Shown one piece after another: positions 25,186-36,960 of a stretch of DNA of 64,000 bases. Each line of letters opens with the position of its first letter. The first letter of the stretch is position 1. The position numbers and the translations under genes were made by a program. Source of the DNA: Phallusia mammillata (Eukaryota); NCBI GenBank assembly GCA_965637545.1, contig OZ281498.1, positions 27,528,001 to 27,592,000 on the forward strand, read 5' to 3'. Below the pieces are notes generated by a model. The model was given only the letters and a program-made list of their open reading frames with translations. It was not told the DNA's origin and made no database searches.

Positions 25186-27734
25186 ATGTCATCACAAATT
25201 GACGAATATACTGTTTGGGTTCCGAAACAAACTTCAAAAAAATACAATGTTATGAGATTTAATGCTGGAGACAGAGTCGATATTAGAGTAAGTATATTTC
25301 ACTGTTTGTCATAGAAATTCCGTTTATTTATGTAACAAACTGTTTTCTCTTAAAATTATAATTTGTTTTGATAATAATTGTTGCTTGAAATTGCATGAGA
25401 AGTTCTGTTCTTTTTATATCAAGCTTTTTTCTCCTAAAAATTGTACTATATTTTGGTAATAATTGTTGTGTGTTGTAGAATTGGGTGGATGGAACTTTGT
25501 CCCGAGATCTCAGTGCAAAAAAGATTTACGTTGAAGAAGATGACCAACCAGAGTTTGGTGAGGGAAGTGAATATGGAAGAAAGCAAAGACAAAAGGTGAC
25601 AATAACAATTTAACTGCAACACTCATTCATCATGATAAAAAAGCTATTGCTTAACCTCATCATAAAATATCAACTTTTCCCTTATATCCAGTGGTGGGAT
25701 TCAAATTTTTTTTCAGCCGGTTCTATCACAAAAAGTCATATGTTTCAGCTGGTTCTGTTGCGAAAAGTCCATTGACAGTAACCAGTAATGCTAACCGGTT
25801 CGTTGATCTCATAAAATTTCGTGAGACGGTTCTAAAGAACCGGTGTGAACCGGCTTAATCCCACCACTGCTTGTATCACAATATCTATCTATATTTGTCT
25901 GTTTATCCAAGTTGTTTGTTTGCTTTTTAGGCAAGAAAACTAAAATATGGACACAGGGAATCCGTGTTTAAAGTTAAAGACCAACCATGGAATTTGAAAG
26001 TTTCTACCATCGAAAATCAGCCGGACTTTAAGAAAAAAGTGAATGGCAAAGTTCCAACAGACATTAAACCAAAAGTTGTCATGAAAGAGTTTTCAGGCAA
26101 GAAGGAGGGTGGAATTGGAGAAGGGTCAGTTTATTTTGTGTTTACTCAAAGACCAGACTTTACTTTCGAGGCGAGCCCTGCTGAAGATTGGTACAACTTT
26201 CGTCGAAAAATCTCGCATCGGACTTTAACTGATGAAGAAGCGGAAGCTGCGTGGGACAAACGAGACAAGATTATGAACCACCTGAATTACATGGCAAGAA
26301 AACGGTTGCATATTAAAGAAGAGGATGACATTGATGAACCTGAGGGGAAGAGCATGAACAAAAAGAACCTGAAAAAGATTAAGAAAGAAGAGAGCGATCT
26401 TGTAATTCATGACGACGAGGATTTAGATTTGTACATGAGTGATAGCAGTAGCGACGATAATGAGCCTTCGGGTTCGAAAAAGAAAAAGAAAAAAGCGAAA
26501 GAAAAATCAGATGACGAAAAAGAGGAAGCTCTGGAGGACTCGGATGACGGGGAGCATGATGGAGATGAAGTGATGTACGCCAGCGACGTGAGCAGTGAAA
26601 ATGAGGAGGTAAATGACTCACGTGTGGTGCCAAAAGGTCTCGACGAGCTTGAATCCTCGTCCAGCAGCGAAGATGAGGAAGAAGAAGCAAAAAAAGCCGA
26701 GGCAAAGGAGAACGAGACGGTGAATAAACTTGTGAAGGGCAGCGATGATAGCGCGTCTTCATCAGAGTCGGGAAGCGATATTGAAGACGAGGACGCTTTG
26801 TCAAAAAGTGCTCTTTTCATGCATGTGAAGAAAAGTAAAGATAAAAAGGGTGGAAAAGGAAGTAAACAAGGCAGCAGATCATCTACGCCAACTGCTGAGC
26901 TGAAAGGTACTGCTGTGTTTAAATGTTTTTTTATGATTTATTACTGAACCAAGTTTTGCATTCATATTAAGATAGTTGACACAAGAAAACCTTAATAATA
27001 ATCAATGTCTTCCATTTTGATTTTACATTAATTTTACAGTTTAATTCAAGATTTTATAGTCAACACATAAGTTTCCTGTGTTAACCATCTTCTTAATTTA
27101 ATATATCTTTGAAACATAATGAAATAGCAAACACATCCTTAAATAGTCATAATTGAAAAGTGTGTGGTTACGGATAAGATAAGTGTGTTCATAATTAATT
27201 TTTTACAAAAGTGTTGATGTATACTTTCTATTACATTAACTTGTATGATAAACTGTTATTACTACACTAATATAATAAACATTGTAATACGTTATATTTG
27301 TGGTTTAAAAATTATTTGCTTTGTCAGGCACACCAACAAAATCCAAATTAACTGACGTCGCAAAAAAGCTGGAAAAGCAGGGTCGGAAATCGCCGTTGGT
27401 TACCGGTGGGTCGGTGTTGGGAAAACGAAGCGCTGGAAGCAGTCATAACGACAGCTCAGTTAAACGACAGAAGATTGGTCAAAGTAGTACATCTTCTCCG
27501 GGACCTAGCACTCCGCCGAAAGATCTGGCTCAAGGTGCGATAACGGAAGATGCTGTGCGTCGTTACCTTACACACAAACCCATCACCAGCAAAGATTTGC
27601 TGAAAAAATTTAAAACCAAAAAAACTGGACTGCCAAGTGAAGAAATTGTGAAAAAGGTTGTTAAAATTTTGAAGAGGCTGAATCCAGACAAGCGGAACAT
27701 TAATGGAAAAATGCATTTGTTTTTGGAAAGTTAA
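25186..27734 (+). CDS. GTF2F1: General transcription factor IIF subunit 1 (RAP74), about 533 aa
   Basis: Exons 25186-25287, 25479-25595, 25931-26906, 27328-27734. EYTVWVPK..KKYNVMRFN, DQPW, WYNF..HRTLTDEEAE, acidic/basic linker, C-terminal winged helix ITEDAVRRYLTHKPITSKDLLKKF. Confidence 0.96.
25689..25869. mobile_element. hAT-type MITE, CAGTGGTGGGATTC family (opposite orientation)
   Basis: TIRs present; TSD CTTATATC / CTTGTATC. Confidence 0.93.
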
Positions 27735-28303
27735 ATGTTTTTTGTGAATCACTGCAATTTGTATTCCTGGATTTTAGGCAATGTTCATCTAATTTTTTTT
27801 CTCATACTGTTGCAGTGAAAATTGGCTTATGCTTTTGTGTAAACCAACCAACCAACTAACCAGTTTAAACAGCGTTTAGGATAAACTGTTCAGTTTCTTC
27901 TTGAGGCTAAACTATTTGTAAATGAATGATATGTTGGAATTGTATGTCGCTCTGTAAAAGTTTTGTACAAAAAAGTTTATGTTGTGCTTAATGCTTGTGG
28001 TAAGGTAAAATAATGGGCTGCAAGCCTCATATCGAATTACTTTAAATATTTTTTCGCATTGCAGTAGTAAATACCTATTCATTTAAATAGTAAAAAATGG
28101 TGGGACAAATGCAGTTTATCCGAATTTTCAGTGTACAAACCGTTGGTAACATGTGGTAACCTGTTGTACAAAATAACTTGTCAAACTGGTTGCGCATTAC
28201 AACTTTTCTATTATTCTTTGCATCATGCCCCTTTTTCTTTTGACCTTGGTTTGTCTTTTTCTTCAGGTTTTAGGGATATTTAAACATAATATTAAATTGA
28301 AAT

Positions 28304-31300
28304 ATGTCGAGTTCCAGCAACAATGTGAACAAGATATTGGCGAGCACATCAAGACTTGCATCATACAACATGTTGTTACAGGTATGTGAAAAAAAACTAT
28401 TTTCTGTTTTGCATTTAATAGTTTATATTTTACAAACTACCCATGTTGTTGATGTATTTTGTGATTGAATGCACTGAAACATCAATGTATGTGCTCTTGT
28501 TTTTTCAATTTGAAAATAATGAACTGAAATACAAATTTATTTGAAACCTAAACCTCTGTATCCCAAGCAACGCAATAATATTAAGAGTGACTAATGCAGT
28601 TCAATAGAGCACTCTTGGCAAAATGTATTTTGTATGAATTTCAAATGTGGAATTTTGTCTTTTATGCAATATTTTAAATTCCAAGACAAAGACAATGATG
28701 TTTCAGAGTTAAAAGGACAAACTATGGAGGAACCAATGGAAAAGAAGAGCAGATTGGATGTTGCAGTGTTAAATCCTTCCACTTGCATTAAAGATAAGAG
28801 GATATCTTGTGTATTGGGTGATGAATATGCTGCCAACAAAGATGCAGTTGGTTTGGTGAAGGGACTGGCTGTGACACTCACAAGCAAAAAGTATGCGTCG
28901 CAAGTTTTGAAACATTTAACGGAGTATCTGCCACTAGAGGGCCTGCAACATCTCAAGCGAGTTCGAAGTGTCAAAACACATGATGGGGATAAACTTCAGG
29001 TTCTTATGTTCGTTGCAACGCTGCATGAAGATTTTATGGACTTGAATAAAACATTAAATATTAAAGAGATTAAGCCAGTAAAGGATTTTATCATGGACCC
29101 AATGTTTGTGGCCATACCGATAAAACCTCCGTTAACTAGAGATCAGTTCAACATATGCAAGCAGTATTGGCCAGTTTCGTTTCATGAGGATAAGAAGATC
29201 AGTAAACTTTTGTCATGTAGTTTGTTTACAGACGATGATATGGACAGAATTGAAGAAAATATGGACTTAGCAATTAAAGCTGCAAGAATTGGTAAAAAGT
29301 TTGATCCGAGATGTGATCAAGGTGTAGTAATTGTTGATCCTGCCACCAACTCAATCATTTCAACTGCATTTGATATGAGAAACATGGAATGTGAGATGCA
29401 AGATGGCTACTTTGCAAAGCATCCATTAAACCATGCAGTTATGGTTGCCATTGATCTTGTGGCGCGATCACAAGGAGGCGGCATGTACACATATAAACCA
29501 TTTCTAAAATCAAATTCCAAAATCAATGATGGGTTGTATTTTAATTCAACTTTGCCTACTTCTGCAAGAAATACTTCTGATACGTCGGACAAGGGCTATT
29601 ACATTTGCACTGGATTGGATGTTTATGTAACAAAGGAACCATGCATTATGTGTTCTATGGCATTGTTACATTCACGAGTTCATTGTGTTTTCTATGGTGT
29701 GAGTCGGCCTGGTGGTGGGTTGGGCTCGGCGTATAAACTTCACGCAAGAAAGGATTTAAATCATCGGTTTGAAGTGTTTTGCAATGTTTTAAAATCAAAA
29801 TGTCAAGTTTTATAGCAGTTTTAAAAACAGTCTTGTACTTCTGCTGTTACATGTTTTTTGAAACAGGTTTGTTTTCTGTATGATATTTTTGTAGCTGCTT
29901 AGTGAGGTAAGGTAATGGTGAAGTGTTTTGCTATCTTTTGAAACCAAAATATCACTCTTTCTAGCAATTTAAAAATGTTATTACTTGCACTGAACTACAT
30001 GCTGTGTTTTGGCTTTTCAAACAGTTTTTTCTGTTATAATTTTCTCAGTGAGGTAAGGCATGAACTTTTTGTTTTTCAGTTATCGTTTCGAGTTCTTACG
30101 TTTGTGCTGAATGCATTCGTACTTCGATACATCACAAAGGAGACACTAGGTGTCGTGAATGTTCGACTTCTACTTCTCTACTCAACTGTTTTGTTTATGT
30201 CAAGAGAAGCATTTAGAAGGTAAAGTTGATTGAAGCTTACTTAATGAGGAATTTTCTTCGGTATAACATCATTTACATTTTCAATTTTTTAATCACTTCT
30301 GTTGTTTTAGTGAATTTTGTTTTAGTGACTTCTGTTGTTTTAGTGATTCTATTCACTAATACCAGTTTTGTCAACATGAAATACCCGTAGTCTTCAACCT
30401 TTATAGCTATTGCTGTGATTCTATGCACTCTTGTGATTGATGTAACAATTACCAGCTTTTGGCAACCAGACATAAAATACAAATATTAAGCTAGAAAAAT
30501 GCAATAATCCTATTTGGTAGTCATCTATTGTTGTCAAATGTGAAAAGACTTAAACTGATTTGTTTCCTACAGAGCTTGCCTAAGTACTGATACAAGTCAT
30601 GAAGATGGGAAGACAACAAGTTCCAAAGTTCGATGGAAACAAACTGTCAACTTATTATGGTGCATGTAAGTTCCAAAAATATTTTCAAAACACCATCAAT
30701 ATGCCAGTTTTAAAAGCAGACAGCAGTTCTACAAAACCGGATAGAAGTATTAATAATAATGGCTATAATTCTTAACATGTAGATTAAACATCACTTTACA
30801 CATGTACAGTGTATTCAGCAAAACATACCATGCGAGCATATTTACTTGATTCAGAACTATACATGGATCTGTTTCTAAGTTTTATGAAGAATATAATGTC
30901 CCAAATAGACGTAAAAAGTGACATGCTTTATTATTCAAACAATTTGGCAGATGCTCACATCAGTGATATAAAGGGCCACACCATTTTATCACAACTTTAT
31001 AACCAGATGTGTAGTGGTGTACTAAATGTGAAACGTATTTCATCAGCTTGTTGGTATCTTAACAAACTTATGTAATCTCTTTTTGTTTTGTTTTTTTAGA
31101 CTTCCTGTTGGCGTGATTTGCAATGCACTTGCAACATACACTTGGATAAACTTGCTTGAAAACCCAGATCCCACCATAACACCACATTACACATCAGCTG
31201 TGTATGTGTTCGGTCTGTGTGCATGGGCTGAACTGGTTGTGGAGCCGCTGTGGGTGATTGCACAAGCGTTTCTCTTCATCAAACTGAAAGTGATCAGTGA

Positions 31301-34300
31301 AGGACTCGCTATTCTCGCAAAATGTATCGTCACTGTGGTTTTAGTTCTTTTGCGCCCGCATTGGGGTCTTGTATCATTTTCTATTGCACAAGTGAGTGAT
31401 GTGAAACAAAATGTGTGGTATTTTCAAGTTAATGTAAAGTTTATAATCATTAGTTTTCATGAATATATGAATGTAAAATGAAAGAAAATATATTTTGTCC
31501 CTCACTAACTCTAAATTACAATGGACATAAATTCATAACTGTGATCAGGCCTAAAGAGTCTATGCAGACCAGTCACTAGCAAGGCACACCCATGTACAAA
31601 TCATAGCACACAAGGCCCATTAAAGGCATTATACAGAATCAGCTGGTAACCAAGCATTCCAAAATGGCAAGGCAAAGGCTAGAAAAATTTGGCCTGCGGT
31701 GGGATTGGAACATCACTAACTTCTAATATTTTCCCATAATTGGCTCTGTTTAAATAAAGTTTGTCATGTAAAGTTTAAAATGTTGTTGTGAAAATAAATT
31801 CCAGTGTTATTTTTCAATTTATTGCTTAAATTTCCAGGTTTCTTTTTCCATTGTATATATCTCAATTTTCTATGGATACTTCACTTGGTTCGTGACAACA
31901 AACAAACAGAAGCAAATGGATGATTTTCCGTTTTCATCAGTGGCCGATTTCTTTCCAAAGTTTTATGTTTCTGAAGGATTTGTCGACAGAAAAACTGCAA
32001 AACTTACTAAAAGTTTCTTCAAACAATCTGTGCTTAAACAACTATTAACAGAAGGTACAACTGCTGTGAATGTCGTATGCTGTAGCCAGCCAGTGGTGGG
32101 ATTCCAATTTTTTATTAGCCGATTCCATCACAAAAGTGACATGAGCTACTTGGATTCCAAAAATTTGTGTTTCAGATAAGATGCAAAAGTCCATTAACAG
32201 TAACCAGTTATGCTAACCGGTGCGCTGCTCTCATAAAATTTCGTGAGACTGTTCTATAGAACCGGTGCGAACCTGCTGAATCCCACCACTGGTTTTAACA
32301 TCAGCGAGATTCTGACTACTTGAACTATTTTCTGTTTAAATAATTGTACAATTAAGTGACATGTCTATATGTTGTGGTACATACCAATCTAAGTATATAA
32401 TGGCATTTCATGTGCAAAACTTTTTTATGCAACTAACCAGAATATGTTTGTTTTTTCAAATAATGGCTTGGGTTTCGCTACTCTTATGCAATTAAATGGA
32501 ATTTGTATTTAACTTGTTGTAATTTACCTAAATTACCTGTACAACTTAACCTTATTATTGAACTTCTCTGTAAATATTTCCAGGTGAAAGATATGTGATG
32601 ACAATTCTGAACGTTCTCAGTTTTGCCGATCAAGGTGTTTATGACATCATAAACAACCTCGGTTCTCTCGTCGCACGGTAAGTTTACAAAACTGATTTAT
32701 TAAAATTTTCGTTCTGTAAACAAAATGTTTTTCTAGGTTTATTTTTTTACCAATTGAAGAAAGTTTTTACTTATTCTTTGCAAAAACGTTGAGAAGAGGG
32801 GAGGATTCGACAAAACAAAGCAAGGTTATAAAGCTTTTCTATTGTATACTGTAATAACTTACTTCGCCTGGAGAAGGTTGATATCATTGTTTCAAAAAAT
32901 TGAAACTTAACACAAACAACTTAAACTGACTTTGAGTTGTTGTTATTCTGTGGTTGGTGACGGCAGTTCAGTCACTGCAAATAAAACAACAATTTGACTT
33001 AAGTAACTGTTGATAAAAAGCATAGTTTGACATTTGCCCGACTGTGTGTAAAGCTCAGCAGCCAGCACAATCTTTGAAATAAACTCAATTACAACTTTTT
33101 GTTACATTGTCTACAATTGCCACACCTCGCATTTTAAACAGTGCTGTGACTTAATTACCAGACTTGACTGGCAACTTACATTTGTACACAATTTAAATGA
33201 CCATACTTAGTTGTTTTTACTGTCATTGTTTATCGAGCTCAACAATTGACTAACGCTTGCCGATTTTCAGGATGAAATCAAAGCGGTAACCCACGTATTA
33301 TTTTGTCTTCTGCGATTGGTTGTGTTAATTGGATCAGTGATCCTTGCATTTGGATTGCCCTACTCCAAGTTATTGCTGGATATTTATGGAGGAAAGATTT
33401 TAAGTGCAGGTGAGTTTACAGGTTTAAGACTCTGCTTATTTGTTGCAAAGGTAATGAAGTGGTTACTGCATCTTATCCTGTTTTGGTTCTTTGAGCAGGA
33501 TTGCACCCAGCCCAATGGAATCTGGTGACTTAAACTCTCTCTTATGGCATGTCAATATTGGATTTATTATTCTCACAAAAATTGCAACCAGTGGTGGAAT
33601 TCAATTTTGTTTCAGCCGGTTCTATCACAAAAGTCCTATTTTTCGGACGGTTCTGTTACAAAAAGTTATATATATTTTTCAGCCGGTTCTGTTACAAAAA
33701 GTCCATTGACAGTAACCAGTAATGCTAACCGGTTCGCTGATCTCATAAAATTTCGTGAGACGGTTCAATGGAACCGGTGCGAACCGGCTGAATCCCACCA
33801 CTGCTTAAAACCAATGTAAACCTATTTTAGGTGCAAAAACATAAGTTGTTTTCACAGCATTGGTTGATCAGCATTTTTGTCAATAAAATAATAACTACAT
33901 GTTTTCTGTCTGAACCGCTTCTAGTTCCTCTCACACTTTGGGGAAAAGCCACAGAGCATATTTGTCTTAATCAATAAAGCCTTCCAGCTTTTATTGATAA
34001 AATGTCAAATTTCATGAAGTGGAACAAAAATAATGGGCAAACCAATGATAGAGTAATGAATATAAAACAAGCATCAAACACAGAAGTTTCAATCTTATAT
34101 GTCATGTTGTGATTTTCAATTGAAACTTTTATAGGTGTTGGACCGGTGCTATTGAAATTTTATTGTCTCTATGTGCTGACAATAGCAGTTAACGGAACAA
34201 CCGAATGTTTTGTGTTTGCTGCAATGAACCAAGCTCAAGTTGACAGGTTAATAATAATTAATCAAAATCAATGTTTTTAACAATGAGTGTCACATGCTAA

Positions 34301-35370
34301 GGAATGATAGACCTTTTGAGGCTTAATTTAAATGACATTAGTGAATTAAATCAATCTCTTTGAATGTGTTTGCTTCAATAAATACATATTGTCTGAAACT
34401 GTCCTGTACAAAAGTTTGGTCAGTGCCAAGAATTGTGTTGTTTAAATCCACTGCAAGATTATTGGGCAAATCAACCCTTCAGTCATCAAGTTAGCATTCT
34501 CATACAAGTTGGTTTAAAATATTAAAATATGGGACCAAACAAGAGTATGTTTGAATTTAGGTAAGCACCTTTGCCCCCTTGAGAACTCCCAAGTGAGATT
34601 TTTTTGGGTTCGATTTTTCAGTCTTTCAATGCAGATATAAGCTTGACATGAAATAACATTGTAACTTGTTTGTAGGTACAACAAAAAGATGTTTTTGTTT
34701 TCATTGTTGTTTCTTGTCACCTCTTATTACCTCACAAAGACAGTCGGATCTGTTGGATTTATTTTGGCAAATTGTTTGAATATGTCGGCCCGGATCATTC
34801 ATAGTATCTGGTTTATCAAAAGGTAAAAAAAATATTTTGTTTCTTGTTCCATTTTTTGTTTTTATAAAACATACAACATAGACAAATCTGGTTAATTAGA
34901 TAAATCACTTCATCGCAAACAGATCATAAATCCCAATGCAGCTGCTACTTCACCAGGCTCCGATGATGACGTAGTGAAATTGTTTGGGTAATCGCATAAT
35001 ACCAGTTAATTGCATAAAAAGGTTTAGGATTAGGTAATGGGGATAATAATGGCCCAAACAGAAAATTTGGCTGAAATGTAACAATTCAAAAAAACATTTT
35101 TTTAGATTTTACAAAGGAATGGATGAAATAAAATCACCTTTGCTTGGAATAATACCCAGTAATAAAGTGATTGTTTCATTAATTGCGTCGAGTTTTATTT
35201 GTTTAATATCTGAATCTTACTTATGTTGTGATCATGGCTGGCTTTGTAGGTTAGCTCACATTTCAATTGGCGCTGTTTGTTTATTTGTTTGTTGCATCAC
35301 AATATGGTTGAATGAAGGCTCTGTCGTCCAGTTCTTACATGAGCAATATTTCAAGAAGCATTCTGAATGA
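28304..35370 (+). CDS. RFT1: RFT1 Man5GlcNAc2-PP-dolichol translocation protein, about 554 aa
   Basis: 11 exons: 28304-28381, 30080-30219, 30573-30665, 31100-31391, 31838-32054, 32584-32677, 32737-32824, 33271-33409, 34135-34246, 34676-34822, 35106-35370. [10 protein letters not shown]|[70 protein letters not shown]. Confidence 0.95.
28724..29815 (+). CDS. ADAT3: tRNA adenosine-34 deaminase non-catalytic subunit ADAT3, intronless CDS (about 363 aa from ATG 28724; ORF open from 28634), nested in RFT1 intron 1
   Basis: [22 protein letters not shown] (V replaces the catalytic E of HAE), [35 protein letters not shown]. Confidence 0.95.
   Translation: MEEPMEKKSRLDVAVLNPSTCIKDKRISCVLGDEYAANKDAVGLVKGLAVTLTSKKYASQVLKHLTEYLPLEGLQHLKRVRSVKTHDGDKLQVLMFVATLHEDFMDLNKTLNIKEIKPVKDFIMDPMFVAIPIKPPLTRDQFNICKQYWPVSFHEDKKISKLLSCSLFTDDDMDRIEENMDLAIKAARIGKKFDPRCDQGVVIVDPATNSIISTAFDMRNMECEMQDGYFAKHPLNHAVMVAIDLVARSQGGGMYTYKPFLKSNSKINDGLYFNSTLPTSARNTSDTSDKGYYICTGLDVYVTKEPCIMCSMALLHSRVHCVFYGVSRPGGGLGSAYKLHARKDLNHRFEVFCNVLKSKCQVL
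31535..31712 (-). mobile_element. tRNA-derived SINE copy (5' truncated)
   Basis: Reverse complement matches the body of the 36790 and 50598 copies (CCAAGCATTCC, TGGCAAGGC, GCGGTGGGATT). Confidence 0.75.
32091..32291. mobile_element. hAT-type MITE, CAGTGGTGGGATTC family
   Basis: Both TIRs and shared core; no clear TSD. Confidence 0.9.
33589..33803. mobile_element. hAT-type MITE, CAGTGGTGGGATTC family, with internal duplication
   Basis: Both TIRs; the segment GGTTCTGTTACAAAAAGT occurs twice. Confidence 0.9.
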
Positions 35371-35431
35371 TGTGCAACAGCACTTAGTTCACTTATGTAC
35401 GCTGTAATCGTTTTTTTACTATGCACTTTGC

Positions 35432-35437
35432 AATAAA
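35432..35437 (+). terminator. AATAAA polyadenylation signal of RFT1
   Basis: Canonical hexamer about 60 nt after the RFT1 stop codon. Confidence 0.5.
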
Positions 35438-36103
35438 CAAGATCTTTCTACCTATTTTCTATCTCTATCTTCAGTTGTGGAGATACATTCTTTCTTGGAT
35501 TATTTTCATGAATATATTATTCGGTTTTTAACTTGTGTTTTCAAGTTACTTGCCACACAGGACAACGGTATCTGGCAACTTTGGTGATAGCACTTCACTA
35601 AAGGTGCTTATGATTCTTTCTGGTAAGTTTTTACGGTTTTTTACTGAAGGGTTGTGTCTCCTATATGATGCGGTTCTGCCAGCAAGTATATGGGTTGGAA
35701 TTCGTGCAGATAACCGAAGTTTTCAACCTCCTAGTGAAAAAGTCGACCATGCAGTTTACAATACCAGTTCCCTATGTTTAGTAAGTGATCTTTAAGCCTA
35801 CCAGCTTCACTTTAAACGAAAACAAACCTGCTGACCTCGCAAAAATTACCCAACTTCGCGTTTGGGACTCTACTTTGTTTGATTGTGCACGCCTGCTTCC
35901 CACTACGACTAAAAAAGCTTTGGTCACCTGTCAATCATAATCTTTCCAGCAGCAACACACTCAAGTATTAGATAAATGGAAAGAAACTTGTTGTCTGGTG
36001 AAAAGACATTTTATTTATAGATAACTTTCTAGAATCTCTGTGCCATTGGGCCTTTGTATCCAGTGTGTCTTTCTGGGTTTGATAGAAGGCCAAGTGTCTA
36101 TGG

Positions 36104-36658
36104 CAGGGGCGGGCAACTTCTCCAGTCGGCGGGCCTGATATGGGAAAATGAAGTACTTGGCGGGCCGGATTCCTGAATCGATATATTAATCGCGTATTTA
36201 TCCAGTGATTTAAAACGGATTTTTGAGCACCTAAACCAAATACATTCAAGAACATCACAAATACAATAAAGTCCAAACAATCTAACTGATATAACATAAA
36301 ATTATTCACCACAGCAAATTTAATGCATACACCACAGACTTGATACTGCTGAAACACTAACTAGGCTACACCTGTGGAAAGAAAGAAAACCGAGAAAGCA
36401 GGCCAAACAAGGTTGGCAGTTATGTCGTAACAATGGACGTATGGTGCAATGGTTACAACGGCGGGAAAGTTTTTTGCTAGTGGGGAGCGTTACTGTCCGT
36501 TACAACTATAATTTGACGCAGTAAGCAAGTAGTAGGGGATTGCGGAAGACTGTGGCCGTGGACCACATTATCATGCAAGACCAGAAACTGTCTGCGGGCC
36601 GCTCAAAATCCCGTCGCGGGTCGGATCCGGCCCGCGGGCCGTATGTTGCCCACCCCTG
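36104..36658. mobile_element. hAT/Charlie-type non-autonomous element, 555 bp
   Basis: TIRs CAGGGGCGGGCAAC / GTTGCCCACCCCTG; perfect TSD GTCTATGG; GCGGGCC subterminal repeats. Confidence 0.93.
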
Positions 36659-36789
36659 GTCTATGGGGTACTTGTCCTACATATTACTGGACTGATGGAC
36701 TGTTTCGCTATCAAAGGCGATTAGTAATAAACCTTTAGGCTACACTGTAATAATAGACACTTTAGGGCTGATCCCAGTTATATATTTAT

Positions 36790-36960
36790 GTTTATCTGTG
36801 TAGCTCAGTTGGTAGAGCGCGTGTCCCGGAAAGACTCCTGTCGTGGGTTCGAATCCCACCGCTGGCTGGATTTTTCTTGCCTGTGCCTTGCCGTATTGGA
36901 ATGCTTGGTAACCGGCTGATTCGGTATAACGCCTTGAATGAGCCTGACGTACTATGTTTT
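36790..36960 (+). mobile_element. tRNA-derived SINE with intact A and B boxes
   Basis: TAGCTCAGTTGGTAGAGC at 36801, GTGGGTTCGAATCCCAC T arm, no pairing acceptor stem; body shared with three other copies in the window. Confidence 0.85.

Noticed and set aside
26225-26820. Antisense ORFs over GTF2F1 (also over the SR gene, the SLC5 gene and paralog C)
   Set aside because: Shadow frames of low-complexity coding sequence.
28634-28723. ATG 28634 as the ADAT3 start
   Set aside because: It lies upstream of pyrimidine-rich acceptor-like sequence and encodes an atypical hydrophobic stretch; ATG 28724 is preferred, though not proven.
34960-35080. C/D-box snoRNA in RFT1 intron 10
   Set aside because: The TGATGA belongs to the copied 36-mer; no terminal stem with the downstream CTGA.
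35535-35900. Possible extra gene or fourth paralog between RFT1 and paralog C
   Set aside because: Only a short ARIPTH resemblance to paralog A; the frame is closed by a stop upstream and no consistent exon chain was found.
36790-36870. Possible tRNA gene
   Set aside because: A and B boxes are present but the acceptor stem cannot pair, and the downstream body is shared with other copies; it is a SINE head.
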